This document shows positions 1 through 9,826 of a stretch of DNA of 64,000 bases, one piece after another (positions within the stretch are counted from its first letter, which is position 1; each line of letters opens with the position of its first letter). The stretch is from assembly GCA_963668175.1 (NCBI GenBank), contig OY764159.1:2272001-2336000 (forward strand), in the 5' to 3' direction. The position numbers and the translations under genes were made by a program. Below the pieces are notes generated by a model that worked only from the letters and a program-made list of their open reading frames with translations, was not told where the DNA came from and did not search any database. The stretch is from Syntrophales bacterium (GTDB taxonomy: Bacteria > Desulfobacterota > Syntrophia > Syntrophales > PHBD01).

Positions 1-395
1 GAGCGGGGAGGAAACTTCGCGCGGTAGGGGACGAGGGCGTTGGCCCCGACGATGCTGTATTCCCCGATCTCGGCGTAGGTCATTACGGTGGCGTTCATCC
101 CGATCAGGGAGCCGCGGCCGATCCTGCACGACCGGACGACGGCGCAGTTGCCTATCGTGACCTCGTCGCCGATGACCGCTTCCGTGTCCGCGCCGCTGTG
201 CACGACGGCGTTGTCCTGGATGTTGACGTCCTTCCCGATGACGATCTTCCCTGCGTCTCCCCGGACGACGGCGTTGAACCAGACGCTCGACCCCGCCCCG
301 ATCTCCACGTCGCCGAAGATGCGCGCACCCTCGGCAACGAAGACGGATTCGTCGACTGCCGGCTTCAGGATATTCTTGTTGTCCCCGTTCGGCAT
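1..395 (-). CDS. gamma carbonic anhydrase family (hexapeptide-repeat) protein, 3' end outside window
   Basis: Manual translation from ATG at 395: MPNGDNKNILKPAVDESVFVAEGARIFGDVEIGAGSSVWFNAVVRGDAGKIVIGKDVNIQDNAVVH. The VWFNAVVRGD and NIQDN motifs are typical of this family; GGAG SD upstream. Not in the ORF track because it is truncated. Confidence 0.85.
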   Translation of the reverse strand, partial: MPNGDNKNILKPAVDESVFVAEGARIFGDVEIGAGSSVWFNAVVRGDAGKIVIGKDVNIQDNAVVHSGADTEAVIGDEVTIGNCAVVRSCRIGRGSLIGMNATVMTYAEIGEYSIVGANALVPYRAKFPPR

Positions 396-1028
396 CGTTT
401 CTTCTCCTCGCAATACTCGCGGACGGCAGGCGGGAATTCGCCCGCCCGGCCCGGATTCTTCGCATCGCGGGCGTTACGGGAATATGCGCCCGAAACCCTT
501 CGCTTCCGTTGCGGCGTCCGGCGCTTTCCGGGGAAGCTTTGCGCCGCGGGGGCCTCCCCGGCCGGTGCGCCCTCAGAGCGGTACGTATCGGAAACACGGC
601 AGGGTGTCAAGCGGTCATCGGCAGGCATGGGAAAGGTAAAATCGCCCTTTCCGGAATCACGATACGAGGCCTGGCCGGGAAAAGCAGGCCGCCCGGTTCA
701 TGACGGAAAGGTTGCCGGTGCGGTAGAATCGGGTTGCAGAGACAGTGAGTCGGGTATCGTCTGCGGCCCCTCATCTTCATGCAGGGGGTACGTGATTACA
801 GGGATATTTACTCTTGAATCTCTCCCGCGAACGAAATGAGGCGCCCGCTCTTGTTTGTCCGTTTCCCTTGGGCGTCGACGATGTGCCCGCATCTTTTGAA
901 ACAGAGCGTAAAGCCATTCAATTTGACGCGGGCTATCTGTTTGCAGGCCGGGCAAATACATTTTTCCGTCCCGCATGCAGATCGTTTCCGCTTTTCCTGC
1001 TTTATCGAAATCGCCCTCCTGTATGCCG

Positions 1029-1214
1029 TTAAAATTGGCCGCCGTTAAGAATTCGGATGGATATTGCGATCCCCGTAATTGCGAGCATGGCGCCTAGAAA
1101 GGAAAGGCCGATTTTTTCCAAGCCGATGATCGAAGGGCCGAGGACAGTGAAAAGTAATAACCCGATCCCGGCGACCCCAATTCCGATGAAGATAGCAGCC
1201 ATGATGTATTTCAT
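1029..1214 (-). CDS. small two-TM membrane protein
   Basis: 61-aa ORF with two hydrophobic stretches and a G-rich SD-like sequence upstream. Confidence 0.55.
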   Translation of the reverse strand: MKYIMAAIFIGIGVAGIGLLLFTVLGPSIIGLEKIGLSFLGAMLAITGIAISIRILNGGQF

Positions 1215-1514
1215 AAGCCCCCCAACTAAACCGTTATTATATAAACATACCGGTATAAAGTGTGAAATTCAAGTGCGAATAATATATTTATATGATGATA
1301 TTTTTAATACTGCCGAAATGCTCCGGACGGGATCGCGGGCTATGCAGCATGTTGCATTTCCTCGAAAACTGCCGCCCTGTCTAAATACCTTTGGTGTGAT
1401 GAGGCGCTGCCCGTCCGACGTTCTTTGTTTTTACGGCATAATTCAACGTCGGGATTCGCTGTCCCCAAAATACATGCTGCAAGTCGTTGATAGGATTGAT
1501 TACAGAAAATGAAT

Positions 1515-1539
1515 GGGGGCAATCCCTCCTATTGCCCCC
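1515..1539 (-). terminator. intrinsic terminator after pilin gene
   Basis: GGGGGCAAT-N7-ATTGCCCCC stem followed by a T-rich tract on the minus strand, about 50 bp after the pilin stop. Confidence 0.7.
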
Positions 1540-1590
1540 TAACTCAGGCCCCCATAATGAGTGCTCTCAGGGTAAGATAAGTGCGGTGTA

Positions 1591-1962
1591 TCACGGCGAC
1601 GAGGTGATGACGCCCATGGCATCGATGGTGAATGTCTTCGGGCCGTCCGCATGTTTCGTGGAAATCGCGCCCGTCGTCTGCTTGATCGTCGTCGTCACGT
1701 CGACGTCTGCTGTCTGTCTGAAGCCGTAGGATTTCAGATTATCCAGGGTCGGCTGGCCGTCCGGAAAGTCGGTGAAATATGTCTGCGCAGCTGTATAGGC
1801 GCTCTTGACGTCTGCGTTGGCCCTCGCGTTATAACCCCTCTGCCTGTAGGCCGTGAACTGCGGAATTGCGATGGCTGCCAGGATGCCGATAATGGCGATG
1901 ACGATCATGAGTTCGATCAGCGTGAAACCCTTCTCCCCCCTTTTTCGAAATGATTCCATCAT
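1591..1962 (-). CDS. pilA: type IVa major pilin (111-aa mature, aromatic-rich)
   Basis: Prepilin cleavage motif [34 protein letters not shown] before ATG at 1962. Confidence 0.9.
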   Translation of the reverse strand: MMESFRKRGEKGFTLIELMIVIAIIGILAAIAIPQFTAYRQRGYNARANADVKSAYTAAQTYFTDFPDGQPTLDNLKSYGFRQTADVDVTTTIKQTTGAISTKHADGPKTFTIDAMGVITSSP

Positions 1963-2066
1963 TTGTTTTCCTCCCTGTTCGTCCCTCAATCTCTCAATGG
2001 TTATCAAACAGCGAAACCGTGCTGTGCGGAATTCCTTAAGGGTTTTCGCCGCTACCCCTGCCTGTA

Positions 2067-2082
2067 CGCAACCGGCGTGCCA
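2067..2082 (-). promoter_or_regulatory. sigma54 -24/-12 promoter of pilin gene
   Basis: Minus strand TGGCACGCCGGTTGCG matches TGGCACG-N4-TTGC. Confidence 0.85.
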
Positions 2083-2342
2083 GGATGCCGTTTGTAGACA
2101 TATTTTCCTGCTGTTGCCCTATGGACAAGCCTTTCGGCCTCTTTGCCCCGAACGGCGCGGTTATGATCGGCATTGCGGGCCGACCGTTTTCCGGTGATTT
2201 TCACCAATGGACGTTTTTTTCACGATTTTGATAAGATTTCAAGATATTTTGCTTTAGCAGGCCGAATCCGCGCCGCTTCCGGGCGGAGCCGCGGGGAAGA
2301 GGGGAAGAGGGGGCGGCCCGCGCGGCGCAGGCCGGACAAATC

Positions 2343-2786
2343 TCAGGAATCCCGGGCCTGCATCTTCTGCAGATCGAAATCGGACGCGTAGCGGAACAGG
2401 AGGAAATAGAACCGCCGCGAAAGCCGGATGCCGTTAATGGGCTGCGTGTTGCCGAACTGGTCCATGATAAGGTGGAGGCCGATGCCGATGGCAAGCCCCG
2501 TCATGATATCGTTCGGAAAACAGAAGGCGAGAAGGAGAAGGATGGCGTAGAATTCGTATGCGTGGAAGACGACGACGATGCGCTTCCACCGGATATCGTT
2601 GAACCAGGAGAAGAAGTTCCGGACGGTATGCTTTTCTTTCGCGAGGATCAGGTAATCGAGGACATGGTCGAGGTCGATGAGAACGCCTCCCAGGAAGAGC
2701 GCCGCGGCCGTCTGCGGCGATCCCGCGATTTCATACGCCGCCGCCCCCGCCGCGGCCGACGCGACGATGTGACTGGTTGTTTTCAT
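2343..2786 (-). CDS. membrane-bound metal-dependent hydrolase-like protein (YdjM-like)
   Basis: N-terminal His, LIDLDH, FHAYE and LHLIMD motifs with TM segments. Confidence 0.65.
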   Translation of the reverse strand: MKTTSHIVASAAAGAAAYEIAGSPQTAAALFLGGVLIDLDHVLDYLILAKEKHTVRNFFSWFNDIRWKRIVVVFHAYEFYAILLLLAFCFPNDIMTGLAIGIGLHLIMDQFGNTQPINGIRLSRRFYFLLFRYASDFDLQKMQARDS

Positions 2787-2843
2787 GGTGCAGGAAAGTC
2801 CGTTATATTCATTTTGCCGGAAAAGGGAACCGGCTGTCTTCTT

Positions 2844-3242
2844 TCACCTGATCGCCATCGGCACGTAGACGAGATGGAGTGCGACGCTTGCGGCGAGCCC
2901 GACGAGGGCCGTCCAGAAATAGATTTTAACGAACGAATGAACGTTCCTCATCGGCTTCGACAAAAGCGCCAGTATGGAAAGCAAAAGGGGAAGCGGCACC
3001 GAAAAGACGGCGAAGAGCCCCAGGCCGTAGCCGATCCTGATGACGAGCGCCGGGGGCGGCACACTCGCAATCCGGATGAGGGCCTGCGGCACGAATACCA
3101 TGCCGGCGAGGATTTGCAGGACAAAAATGGCAGTCAGCCCCAACGCATAGGGCCTCACCGCAGGGCGCACGGCATGCGCCCGGGCATTCTTGAACTCGGT
3201 TACAAAAGGGTCCTGCGGCGTATCGCGTTTGTCCGCAATCAT
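2844..3242 (-). CDS. hypothetical membrane protein
   Basis: 132-aa ORF with about three TM segments, co-oriented with neighbours. Confidence 0.55.
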   Translation of the reverse strand: MIADKRDTPQDPFVTEFKNARAHAVRPAVRPYALGLTAIFVLQILAGMVFVPQALIRIASVPPPALVIRIGYGLGLFAVFSVPLPLLLSILALLSKPMRNVHSFVKIYFWTALVGLAASVALHLVYVPMAIR

Positions 3243-3326
3243 TCGCTACCCCCCTGTCAAATCTATCCGGTGCGACTTCGCATCGCGTCCGATACCGCCG
3301 GAACTTGCCGTTTAGCCAACCTCCCC

Positions 3327-5006
3327 CTAGCGCTTCCGGACCTTTTCCTTGATGCGCTGGACGTGGCCGCGGCCGAGCCCCTTGACCTCGCAGCCAAGCT
3401 CGAAGTAGCGCTCGATCTGGCTGTCGTCGAGCATGCCGAAGCAGTCCACGACGGCCACGGGCCGGCCGGTCATCTTGACGATCTTGTCGGCGTCGAGCGC
3501 AAGATAAGGCTCGTGACGGACCGCCAGGACCACGGCGTCGGCGCCCTTCAGGGCCTTCTTGATATCCGGCTCGATCCGCAGTTCCGTGAGGTTCTCCTGG
3601 TTGCGGAAGAAGCGCGACCACGAGTGGCCGGGGGCGGGGTAGGTCTCCTGCTTTTCCAGTTCCCACCAGTGCTTCACGTAGGGGTCGTGGACGCCGATCT
3701 CCGCGCCCATTTCGGCCAGCTTCCGGACCATCGCCTCGGAGCCGCTGTAGCGCGTGTCGCCCACGTCCTCGCGGTAGGAGGCGCCAAGGATGACGACCTT
3801 CGAGGCGGCCACGATCCGGCCCATGTTGCGCAGGGCGTCGCGGACAAGCTCCACGGCGTGGAGGGCCCGCGTGTCGTTGATGTCGGTTGCGAGCGGCGTG
3901 ATCTTGAAGATGTCGTCGTCGAAGCCCATGAGGGTCTGGTACGCCCAGACGCCGAGTCCCCCGTCCTTGGGCAGGCAGTAGCCGCCGATCCCCGGTCCGG
4001 GGAAGATCATGTTGCTGTGGGTGGGGCGCATTTTAATGGCCTTGATGACCTTGATGAGGTCCACGCCGTTGCGCTCGGCAAAGGTGCTCCACTCATGCAG
4101 GAAGGCGAGGATGGTCGCCCGGTAGGAGTTCTCCACGATCTTGCAGGTCTCGCTCTCGATGGGGCGGTCGAGGACCGTGAGGGGGAATTTCTCCGTGTTC
4201 AGGATCTCCGTGAGGAATTTCCGGACGCGCTTGCGGGCCGTCTCGTTGATCCCGCTGCACACCCGCCAGAAGTCGCGGATGGAGGAGACATACTCCCGCC
4301 CCGGCATGACCCGCTCGTACGAGTGGGACAGAAGCGGCTCCGTCTTGATGCCGCGCTTCTCGAAGATCTTCTTCATGATCGGGTAGGCGACATATTCCGT
4401 CGTCCCCGGCGGGACGGTCGTTTCGATGAGGACGAGGCAGTCGGGGCCTATCCGTTCGCCGATGATTTTCAGGCTTTCTTCGAGGGCGGCGATCTCCGCG
4501 CGGCCCCTTCGGCAGTTCCCCAGCTCTTCTTTGAAGTAGTCGCACTGGACGTCCACGACGACCACGTCGGCGAGAGTCAGGGCGTCGTAGGTGAAGGTGG
4601 CGATCAGGGTCTTCTTATCCTTTACGCAGCGGGAAATAAGAGGGGCGACCTCGGGGTCTTCCGATTCGACGGGGGCCACGCCGCGGTTGAGATACGGGAT
4701 TTTCCAGAATGAGCGCGGCGACGGGCGCTGCATGCCGATGACGAATTTGTTGGGTTTGCCGGTCTTCTTGTCGGTGGAGTCGGCCACGACGCCGGCCATG
4801 ACCGCGCCGACGAAGCCGACGCCCATGACGACGACGATCTCGCGCCCGGCCTTGCGCTGGGCGGCGACGAGGGTTTTCAGACGTGCCAGTTCCCTGGCGT
4901 AATCGCCGGGAGCGGGAAGCGGAAAGGCCTCGCCGTTGGGCGATACGGATACGGCGGTTTCGTTATTAGCGGGTTTCTTGGCGACGACAGTCTTCTTTGC
5001 AGGCAT
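3327..5006 (-). CDS. nucleotide-sugar dehydrogenase (UDP-glucose/GDP-mannose dehydrogenase family)
   Basis: Rossmann motif VVVMGVGFVG, ETTVPPGTT, catalytic GPGIGGYCLPKD, GASYREDVGDTRYS. Confidence 0.9.
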   Translation of the reverse strand: MPAKKTVVAKKPANNETAVSVSPNGEAFPLPAPGDYARELARLKTLVAAQRKAGREIVVVMGVGFVGAVMAGVVADSTDKKTGKPNKFVIGMQRPSPRSFWKIPYLNRGVAPVESEDPEVAPLISRCVKDKKTLIATFTYDALTLADVVVVDVQCDYFKEELGNCRRGRAEIAALEESLKIIGERIGPDCLVLIETTVPPGTTEYVAYPIMKKIFEKRGIKTEPLLSHSYERVMPGREYVSSIRDFWRVCSGINETARKRVRKFLTEILNTEKFPLTVLDRPIESETCKIVENSYRATILAFLHEWSTFAERNGVDLIKVIKAIKMRPTHSNMIFPGPGIGGYCLPKDGGLGVWAYQTLMGFDDDIFKITPLATDINDTRALHAVELVRDALRNMGRIVAASKVVILGASYREDVGDTRYSGSEAMVRKLAEMGAEIGVHDPYVKHWWELEKQETYPAPGHSWSRFFRNQENLTELRIEPDIKKALKGADAVVLAVRHEPYLALDADKIVKMTGRPVAVVDCFGMLDDSQIERYFELGCEVKGLGRGHVQRIKEKVRKR

Positions 5007-5139
5007 GGGCGTACCTCTCCTTCGTTTGCGTGATGGGTGAAGGTAACAGGAAACGCCGGCGAAAAAAAGCGGTTTTTTGCATCCGCGGGCGGAAGGACGT
5101 CTGCGGGTCGATGCCGTTCCGTCGCGGCCGGTAATTCTT

Positions 5140-5853
5140 CTATTTTTCGTCTATCTCTTCGTAGATGTCCGGATAGAGTCTTTTCCCGCAATCGGGGCAG
5201 ATGCTGTGGCTGAAATCGGCCCCGGAGTGATCTCTTATGTACGTTTCGATATGGGTCCAGCAGCCGCTGTCGTCGCGGATCTTCTTGCAGTACGTACAGA
5301 TGGGCAGAAGACCCTGGAGCATCTTCACCTCGCCGATGCAGCGGTTCAACTCCTCGTTCTTGTCGCTCAATTCGTCCAGGGCGATCACGAGGACCAGGTG
5401 GGCCTCGATGGCTTCCTTGAAGGTCCTGAGAAGTTTCTCGGCATGGGGTCCCCATCGGTTTTCCCTCGTGTCGACAGCGCAGATGGTTCCGAAGACTTCG
5501 CCGTCGGGCCAGAAAATGGGATAGCCCAGGTAGGCGAAGATGCCGGCCTGTGCCGTCGGCGATTCGGCCCATTCGGGATCTTTCCGGGCGTCTTCGATCT
5601 GAAGCTTGATCCTCTTCTCGGCCGCTTCCGCGCAATAAACGCCGAGCATCGGCATCCGGGTTCCGGCGGGGAAGGGGTTGTCGGCGTTCAGGCTCGAACG
5701 GAAGACCTCCAACTCGGGCGGTTCCAGGCGGTTGATCATGACGCTCGGCACTTCGAGCAGGTCGGCAAGCGTGTCCACAACCCGCTGCCATATCGCGACG
5801 ACTTGGGCGGGTATGGCTGTATCGACGGTTTTTCGTTCCCGTTTGGCCTCCAT
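5140..5853 (-). CDS. GAF domain protein with C-terminal Cys-rich motif
   Basis: GAF signature YLGYPIFWPDGEVFGTICAVD; C-terminal LLPICTYCKKIRDD...FSHSICPDC. Confidence 0.8.
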   Translation of the reverse strand: MEAKRERKTVDTAIPAQVVAIWQRVVDTLADLLEVPSVMINRLEPPELEVFRSSLNADNPFPAGTRMPMLGVYCAEAAEKRIKLQIEDARKDPEWAESPTAQAGIFAYLGYPIFWPDGEVFGTICAVDTRENRWGPHAEKLLRTFKEAIEAHLVLVIALDELSDKNEELNRCIGEVKMLQGLLPICTYCKKIRDDSGCWTHIETYIRDHSGADFSHSICPDCGKRLYPDIYEEIDEK

Positions 5854-6323
5854 CTATTCGGTATCCCCTTTCCTGGCAACAGATTTAAAGGCAACAATCG
5901 GCGGGCGACTCAAGGATGCAGCCGCGGACTCTCCCCTCCTGTCCATCCGCCGCGTCGCAACGATGCGGCGCCCGGCCCGCGAAAGACACGCCGGCGGCGC
6001 AACGGAAATACGGACGATAGACTTCGATATGTTCCTATTTTGCTTATAAGGTTTATATTCTCGTATTTACAGCTACTTTATTTTACAACATACTATATTG
6101 CATGGTGAAAAGCAACCACTGTTCATACATATGTCTAAAATGACATATCTATTTTTCCCGCGCCACGGAACCGGGATGCCGGTTGCTCCCGTCCGGGGAG
6201 GCGGGGAATTTTGTGCCCGTGCCGCCATCCGGACGGCGCCGCGTGTTTTAAATTGGGACGACGCCCGGCGCACCGGCTTGGGCGAAAGGTTATGGCGAAT
6301 ACGGGCGACGCGATCGGCCGGGA

Positions 6324-8540
6324 TCAATCCGTCTTGACGACCCTGATCTGTCCCTTCCACTTCGATGCCGGGCCGGGTGTGGCGAAGAGCTTCTCCACCC
6401 GGGCCAGCCGCTTGGCCGCTTCGCCCGTCGGCTTCCCGGCGGCGGAGACGATTCTCCTGATGACGTCCAGGGTTTCCCGCCGGGCATCGGCATTGGGCGG
6501 CAGCATGGCCGGAATGGCCGCCAGGGCCGCCTCGCTGTCCAGGGTGAGGGAGAACAACTGTTCGCGCACCGCTTTCTTGTACTCGGCGAGGGACATGACG
6601 CCGTATTCGGCGTGGATGCGCCGGAGGACCTCGAAGTGGCGCTTGTCCACGCCTGTGCCTCCCATGGCGATGTAGACCAGGCTGCGCACGGCGGCGGTGA
6701 CCAGGTCCCCTTTGGCGATGCCGGCCTTGATCTCGGCGATGCGCCCCTTGACGAATTTGATGCGCTCCGGCTCGATTCCGGGGCGGCGCCTCGGACCTTC
6801 GCCCGGCGTGGCCCTCATGCCGGCCATGGCCTGGACGAGCGGCGCGCTGTAGACGGCGAGAAAGGCGTTCTCCAGGCCCCAGTCCCGCCAGCTCCGCCAG
6901 GCGTCGAGCAACGCCGTCATCCAGATCGAAAAGCTTTCCTGGAGGGCGGGCCACGGGTTGTCGGGAGACACGGGCATCCGGTTCTCGCGCACGACGTCGG
7001 CGTAGCCGGCGACGCGATTCATGAGCGGATTGCTGTCGGAGAATACCTCGAAGGGCAGCTCGGACGGATTCAGCTTGTGCATCCAGAAGGCGCTTTGCTC
7101 CGTTGCTGCGGCGCGCACGCAGGGCTGGAGAAAGGTGCGGTACAGGCCGAGATTGATGTCCGACACCCTCCGCACGGTGGCGAAGCGAAGCTCGTTTTCC
7201 TCGCTTGGCCGGACGATGGCCCGGATGTCGTCCAGGGTGCGGGGCTCGAAGCTCGTGATCCAGTTCCCGTCGGCGAGTTCGGGGTTGACCGTGTCGTGGG
7301 CCTTGGGGCTGATGACCGCCTCGTAGATGCCGGGGGTCAGGATGTCGATCAGGTCGATGTTGGACGTGAATTCCTCGTGCTCTTTCCGGGCCACGCCGGC
7401 GGACACGAAAATGCCCAGGTGGCCGATGTTCTCGTGGACGGCGTAGACGATGGTCTGCCCGTTGGCGGTGAGGTCGTCCTCGCTATCGTACAGGTCGACG
7501 ATCCAGCCCAGGGCCTGCTGCGGCGGGGTGATGTTGTCGCCCTCGGAGCAGAAGCAGACGATGGGCGAGCGGATGTTGCGCAGGTCGATCCGTATGCCGT
7601 CGGATGTCGTGATCTCGGCCGTGGCCAGCCGGTTGCCGACGAACAGCTTGTCGACGATCCACTGGATCTCGCCGGCATCGAGGTCCACGTGGCCGCCCCA
7701 CCAGGTTTCGAATTCGAGGAAGCGCTCCGCTTCGGCGTCGACCTTCGCCCAGAGGTTGTAGTTCTTGTTCCAGATCGTGTTGGCGGGGTTCAGGTTCTCG
7801 AAGTTGCCGACGAGGTACGACCCGTCGAACTTGCCGTTGCCGAGGTCGCTGGCGAGCGCGGCCATCCAGCTTCCGCCCAGGAGCCCTCCCGAATAGCGCA
7901 TCGGGTACCGCCGTTCCAGGCCCGCCCAGTAGGACAGGGGCGCTCCGGCGACGATGATCGGGCCCGGCAGTTCCGGCCGCATGGCGGCCAGCATCATGAC
8001 CGCCCAGCCGGCCTGGCAGTTGCCGACGATGCAGGGCCTGCCCTCCGCCTGCGGGTGCCTTTCGACGATCTCTTCCAGGAACGCGGCCTCGGCGCGGACG
8101 ATGTCCTCGATGGTCTGGCCGGGCATCGGGTTGGGCGTGAAGCCGATGAAGTAGCAGGGGTGCCCGGCCCGCATCGCCATGCCCACCTCGCTGTCGAGCT
8201 TGAATCCGCCTATTCCCGGCCCGTGGCCGGCCCGCGGGTCGATCACGACGAACGGCCGTTTGCGGGGATCGATGGCGGTCCCCTCCGGGGGCTCGATCCA
8301 GGCGAGCATGTAGTTGACGGGCTTCTCGAAGGTGCGGCCGTCGAGGATCACCTCCACCCCGAAGTGGAGGACGTGGGGGACCTTCCGCGACCGGTGCTTG
8401 TAATATTGGTTGCTCCGCCGCCGCAGGACGTCCCAGAAAAGGACCGTGCGCTGCGAAGCGTCGATGGCGTACTCCCAGGCGTGACGGACGGGGGCGGTCA
8501 TAAGCGCAAGAGGGGATACGGATAGGGCTGTATGGGGCAT
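6324..8540 (-). CDS. DUF3141 / PHA synthase-like alpha/beta-hydrolase protein
   Basis: DPRAGHGPGIGGFK, VGNCQAGW (Cys nucleophile), FCSEGDNITPPQQAL and GHLGIFVS motifs. Confidence 0.8.
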   Translation of the reverse strand: MPHTALSVSPLALMTAPVRHAWEYAIDASQRTVLFWDVLRRRSNQYYKHRSRKVPHVLHFGVEVILDGRTFEKPVNYMLAWIEPPEGTAIDPRKRPFVVIDPRAGHGPGIGGFKLDSEVGMAMRAGHPCYFIGFTPNPMPGQTIEDIVRAEAAFLEEIVERHPQAEGRPCIVGNCQAGWAVMMLAAMRPELPGPIIVAGAPLSYWAGLERRYPMRYSGGLLGGSWMAALASDLGNGKFDGSYLVGNFENLNPANTIWNKNYNLWAKVDAEAERFLEFETWWGGHVDLDAGEIQWIVDKLFVGNRLATAEITTSDGIRIDLRNIRSPIVCFCSEGDNITPPQQALGWIVDLYDSEDDLTANGQTIVYAVHENIGHLGIFVSAGVARKEHEEFTSNIDLIDILTPGIYEAVISPKAHDTVNPELADGNWITSFEPRTLDDIRAIVRPSEENELRFATVRRVSDINLGLYRTFLQPCVRAAATEQSAFWMHKLNPSELPFEVFSDSNPLMNRVAGYADVVRENRMPVSPDNPWPALQESFSIWMTALLDAWRSWRDWGLENAFLAVYSAPLVQAMAGMRATPGEGPRRRPGIEPERIKFVKGRIAEIKAGIAKGDLVTAAVRSLVYIAMGGTGVDKRHFEVLRRIHAEYGVMSLAEYKKAVREQLFSLTLDSEAALAAIPAMLPPNADARRETLDVIRRIVSAAGKPTGEAAKRLARVEKLFATPGPASKWKGQIRVVKTD

Positions 8541-8693
8541 CGCTGAATCTCCTTTGGGAAAAAAAGGGGAGTTATCTCTTAACGTTCTCGGGATGTTGCG
8601 TCCGACGGATTAGAGGGAGGCGAGCTTGCGGCAGGATTGGCGATAACGTCCTTCTCTAATCCAAGTATAGGGAATGCGCTTAAGCGCGTCAAG

Positions 8694-9242
8694 TCAATCC
8701 TTGCCGGACTTTTCCAGATTCATGCGCAGGGCGCGCATCAGCATCTGCGAGAAGACATCGGGATCGATGCCCTTCTCACTGAATCCGACCAGTTTCGTCT
8801 TCCCGGTTTCCTGGTCCTTGATCTTCGCGATGCCGTCGATGACGACGATGTCGTGATCGTCCTTCACGGAAAGGTCCGCCCGGTAGCCGAGAAGCTCGAA
8901 GGATTTCTCGATGATGGACATGTGCCGGTCCATGATGTCCCTGCCGGCGGTGAGCCCCGACGTGAAGTTGAAAAGTTCCCAGATCAGGCCGACGGGGATT
9001 TCGACCTTCTCCCGGTTCATGATTTTGTAATTCGCGTAGCCGAGGTAGCAGGCGCAGAGCGTGAACGTGGGGAGGATCAAAAGGTCGTAGACTTCGCCGC
9101 TGGCCTTGACGTCGTTGGGGACGGCCTCGCCTTCCTTCACGACCTTGATGCCGGAAAGGTGGGCCTTTCTCTTGCTGGCCGAAAGCGTCGTTTTCGGTTC
9201 GGATGTGTCTTTCCTGCGCGGCGTACTCTTTTTCGTCGTCAT
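8694..9242 (-). CDS. hypothetical protein
   Basis: 182-aa ORF with GGAGG SD and coding-like composition; no recognised motif. Confidence 0.7.
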   Translation of the reverse strand: MTTKKSTPRRKDTSEPKTTLSASKRKAHLSGIKVVKEGEAVPNDVKASGEVYDLLILPTFTLCACYLGYANYKIMNREKVEIPVGLIWELFNFTSGLTAGRDIMDRHMSIIEKSFELLGYRADLSVKDDHDIVVIDGIAKIKDQETGKTKLVGFSEKGIDPDVFSQMLMRALRMNLEKSGKD

Positions 9243-9469
9243 CGTGCGACCTCCAGGTATCGTTCCAAAGAAAAAACCGCTTTATCTAAGGGAATTCGAT
9301 CTCCCGTTTCCCCGTCCCGGCCCCCTTAGGGGGTGCAGGTTACAGGCGAAACACAACACCGGCCTATGACTCCTATGATACCGCATATTTTACGAATATC
9401 AAGAAAATTTGCATGGCGGGGGACGGCCCCTGATTAAGCAAAATTTAACTAAACCCGGCGTGAAAACGG

Positions 9470-9826
9470 CTACATCCGGTATCCCGGCTTCTTGTACAGC
9501 CTGTCCTGCTTGTTCAGGATGTCCGGCTTGTAGACCTTCTCCGCCCATTCGGCCGGGCTTATCTCCTCGATGGAAACGGAAACCGAATCCTCCCCGCATT
9601 GTATGATGGAGACGACGTCCCTGACGATGGCCTCGGCGAGGCGCTTTTTCTGCGCTTCCGAGCGGCCCGGATAGAGCTTGACGATGATGTGGGGGTCGAT
9701 GTCCGTCAGGGTTGCGGCACTGCCCGCGCGGGCGGTGCTCATGCCGGCGAGATTTCCCGCGGCGGCCGCCCCCAGCACGGCGGCTCCGGTCGCCAGAAAC
9801 CGGCGGCGCGATATTTTCCTGTCCAT
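9470..9826 (-). CDS. 4-oxalocrotonate tautomerase-family protein with N-terminal Tat signal
   Basis: SRRRFL twin-arginine leader ending ARA; PHIIVKLYPGRSEAQKKRLAEAI...VSVSIEEI..EW tautomerase core. Confidence 0.8.
   Translation of the reverse strand: MDRKISRRRFLATGAAVLGAAAAGNLAGMSTARAGSAATLTDIDPHIIVKLYPGRSEAQKKRLAEAIVRDVVSIIQCGEDSVSVSIEEISPAEWAEKVYKPDILNKQDRLYKKPGYRM

Noticed and set aside
2472..4712. 746-aa plus-strand ORF, and similar long ORFs such as 6612-8525, 12484-13776, 22270-23727, 32052-33632, 40238-41554 and 49238-51268
   Set aside because: Antisense shadows of well-supported minus-strand genes in GC-rich DNA; no recognisable motifs.
6129..6148. ATATGTC-N6-GACATAT palindrome upstream of the GAF gene
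   Set aside because: Single occurrence with short arms in AT-rich DNA; cannot be distinguished from chance.
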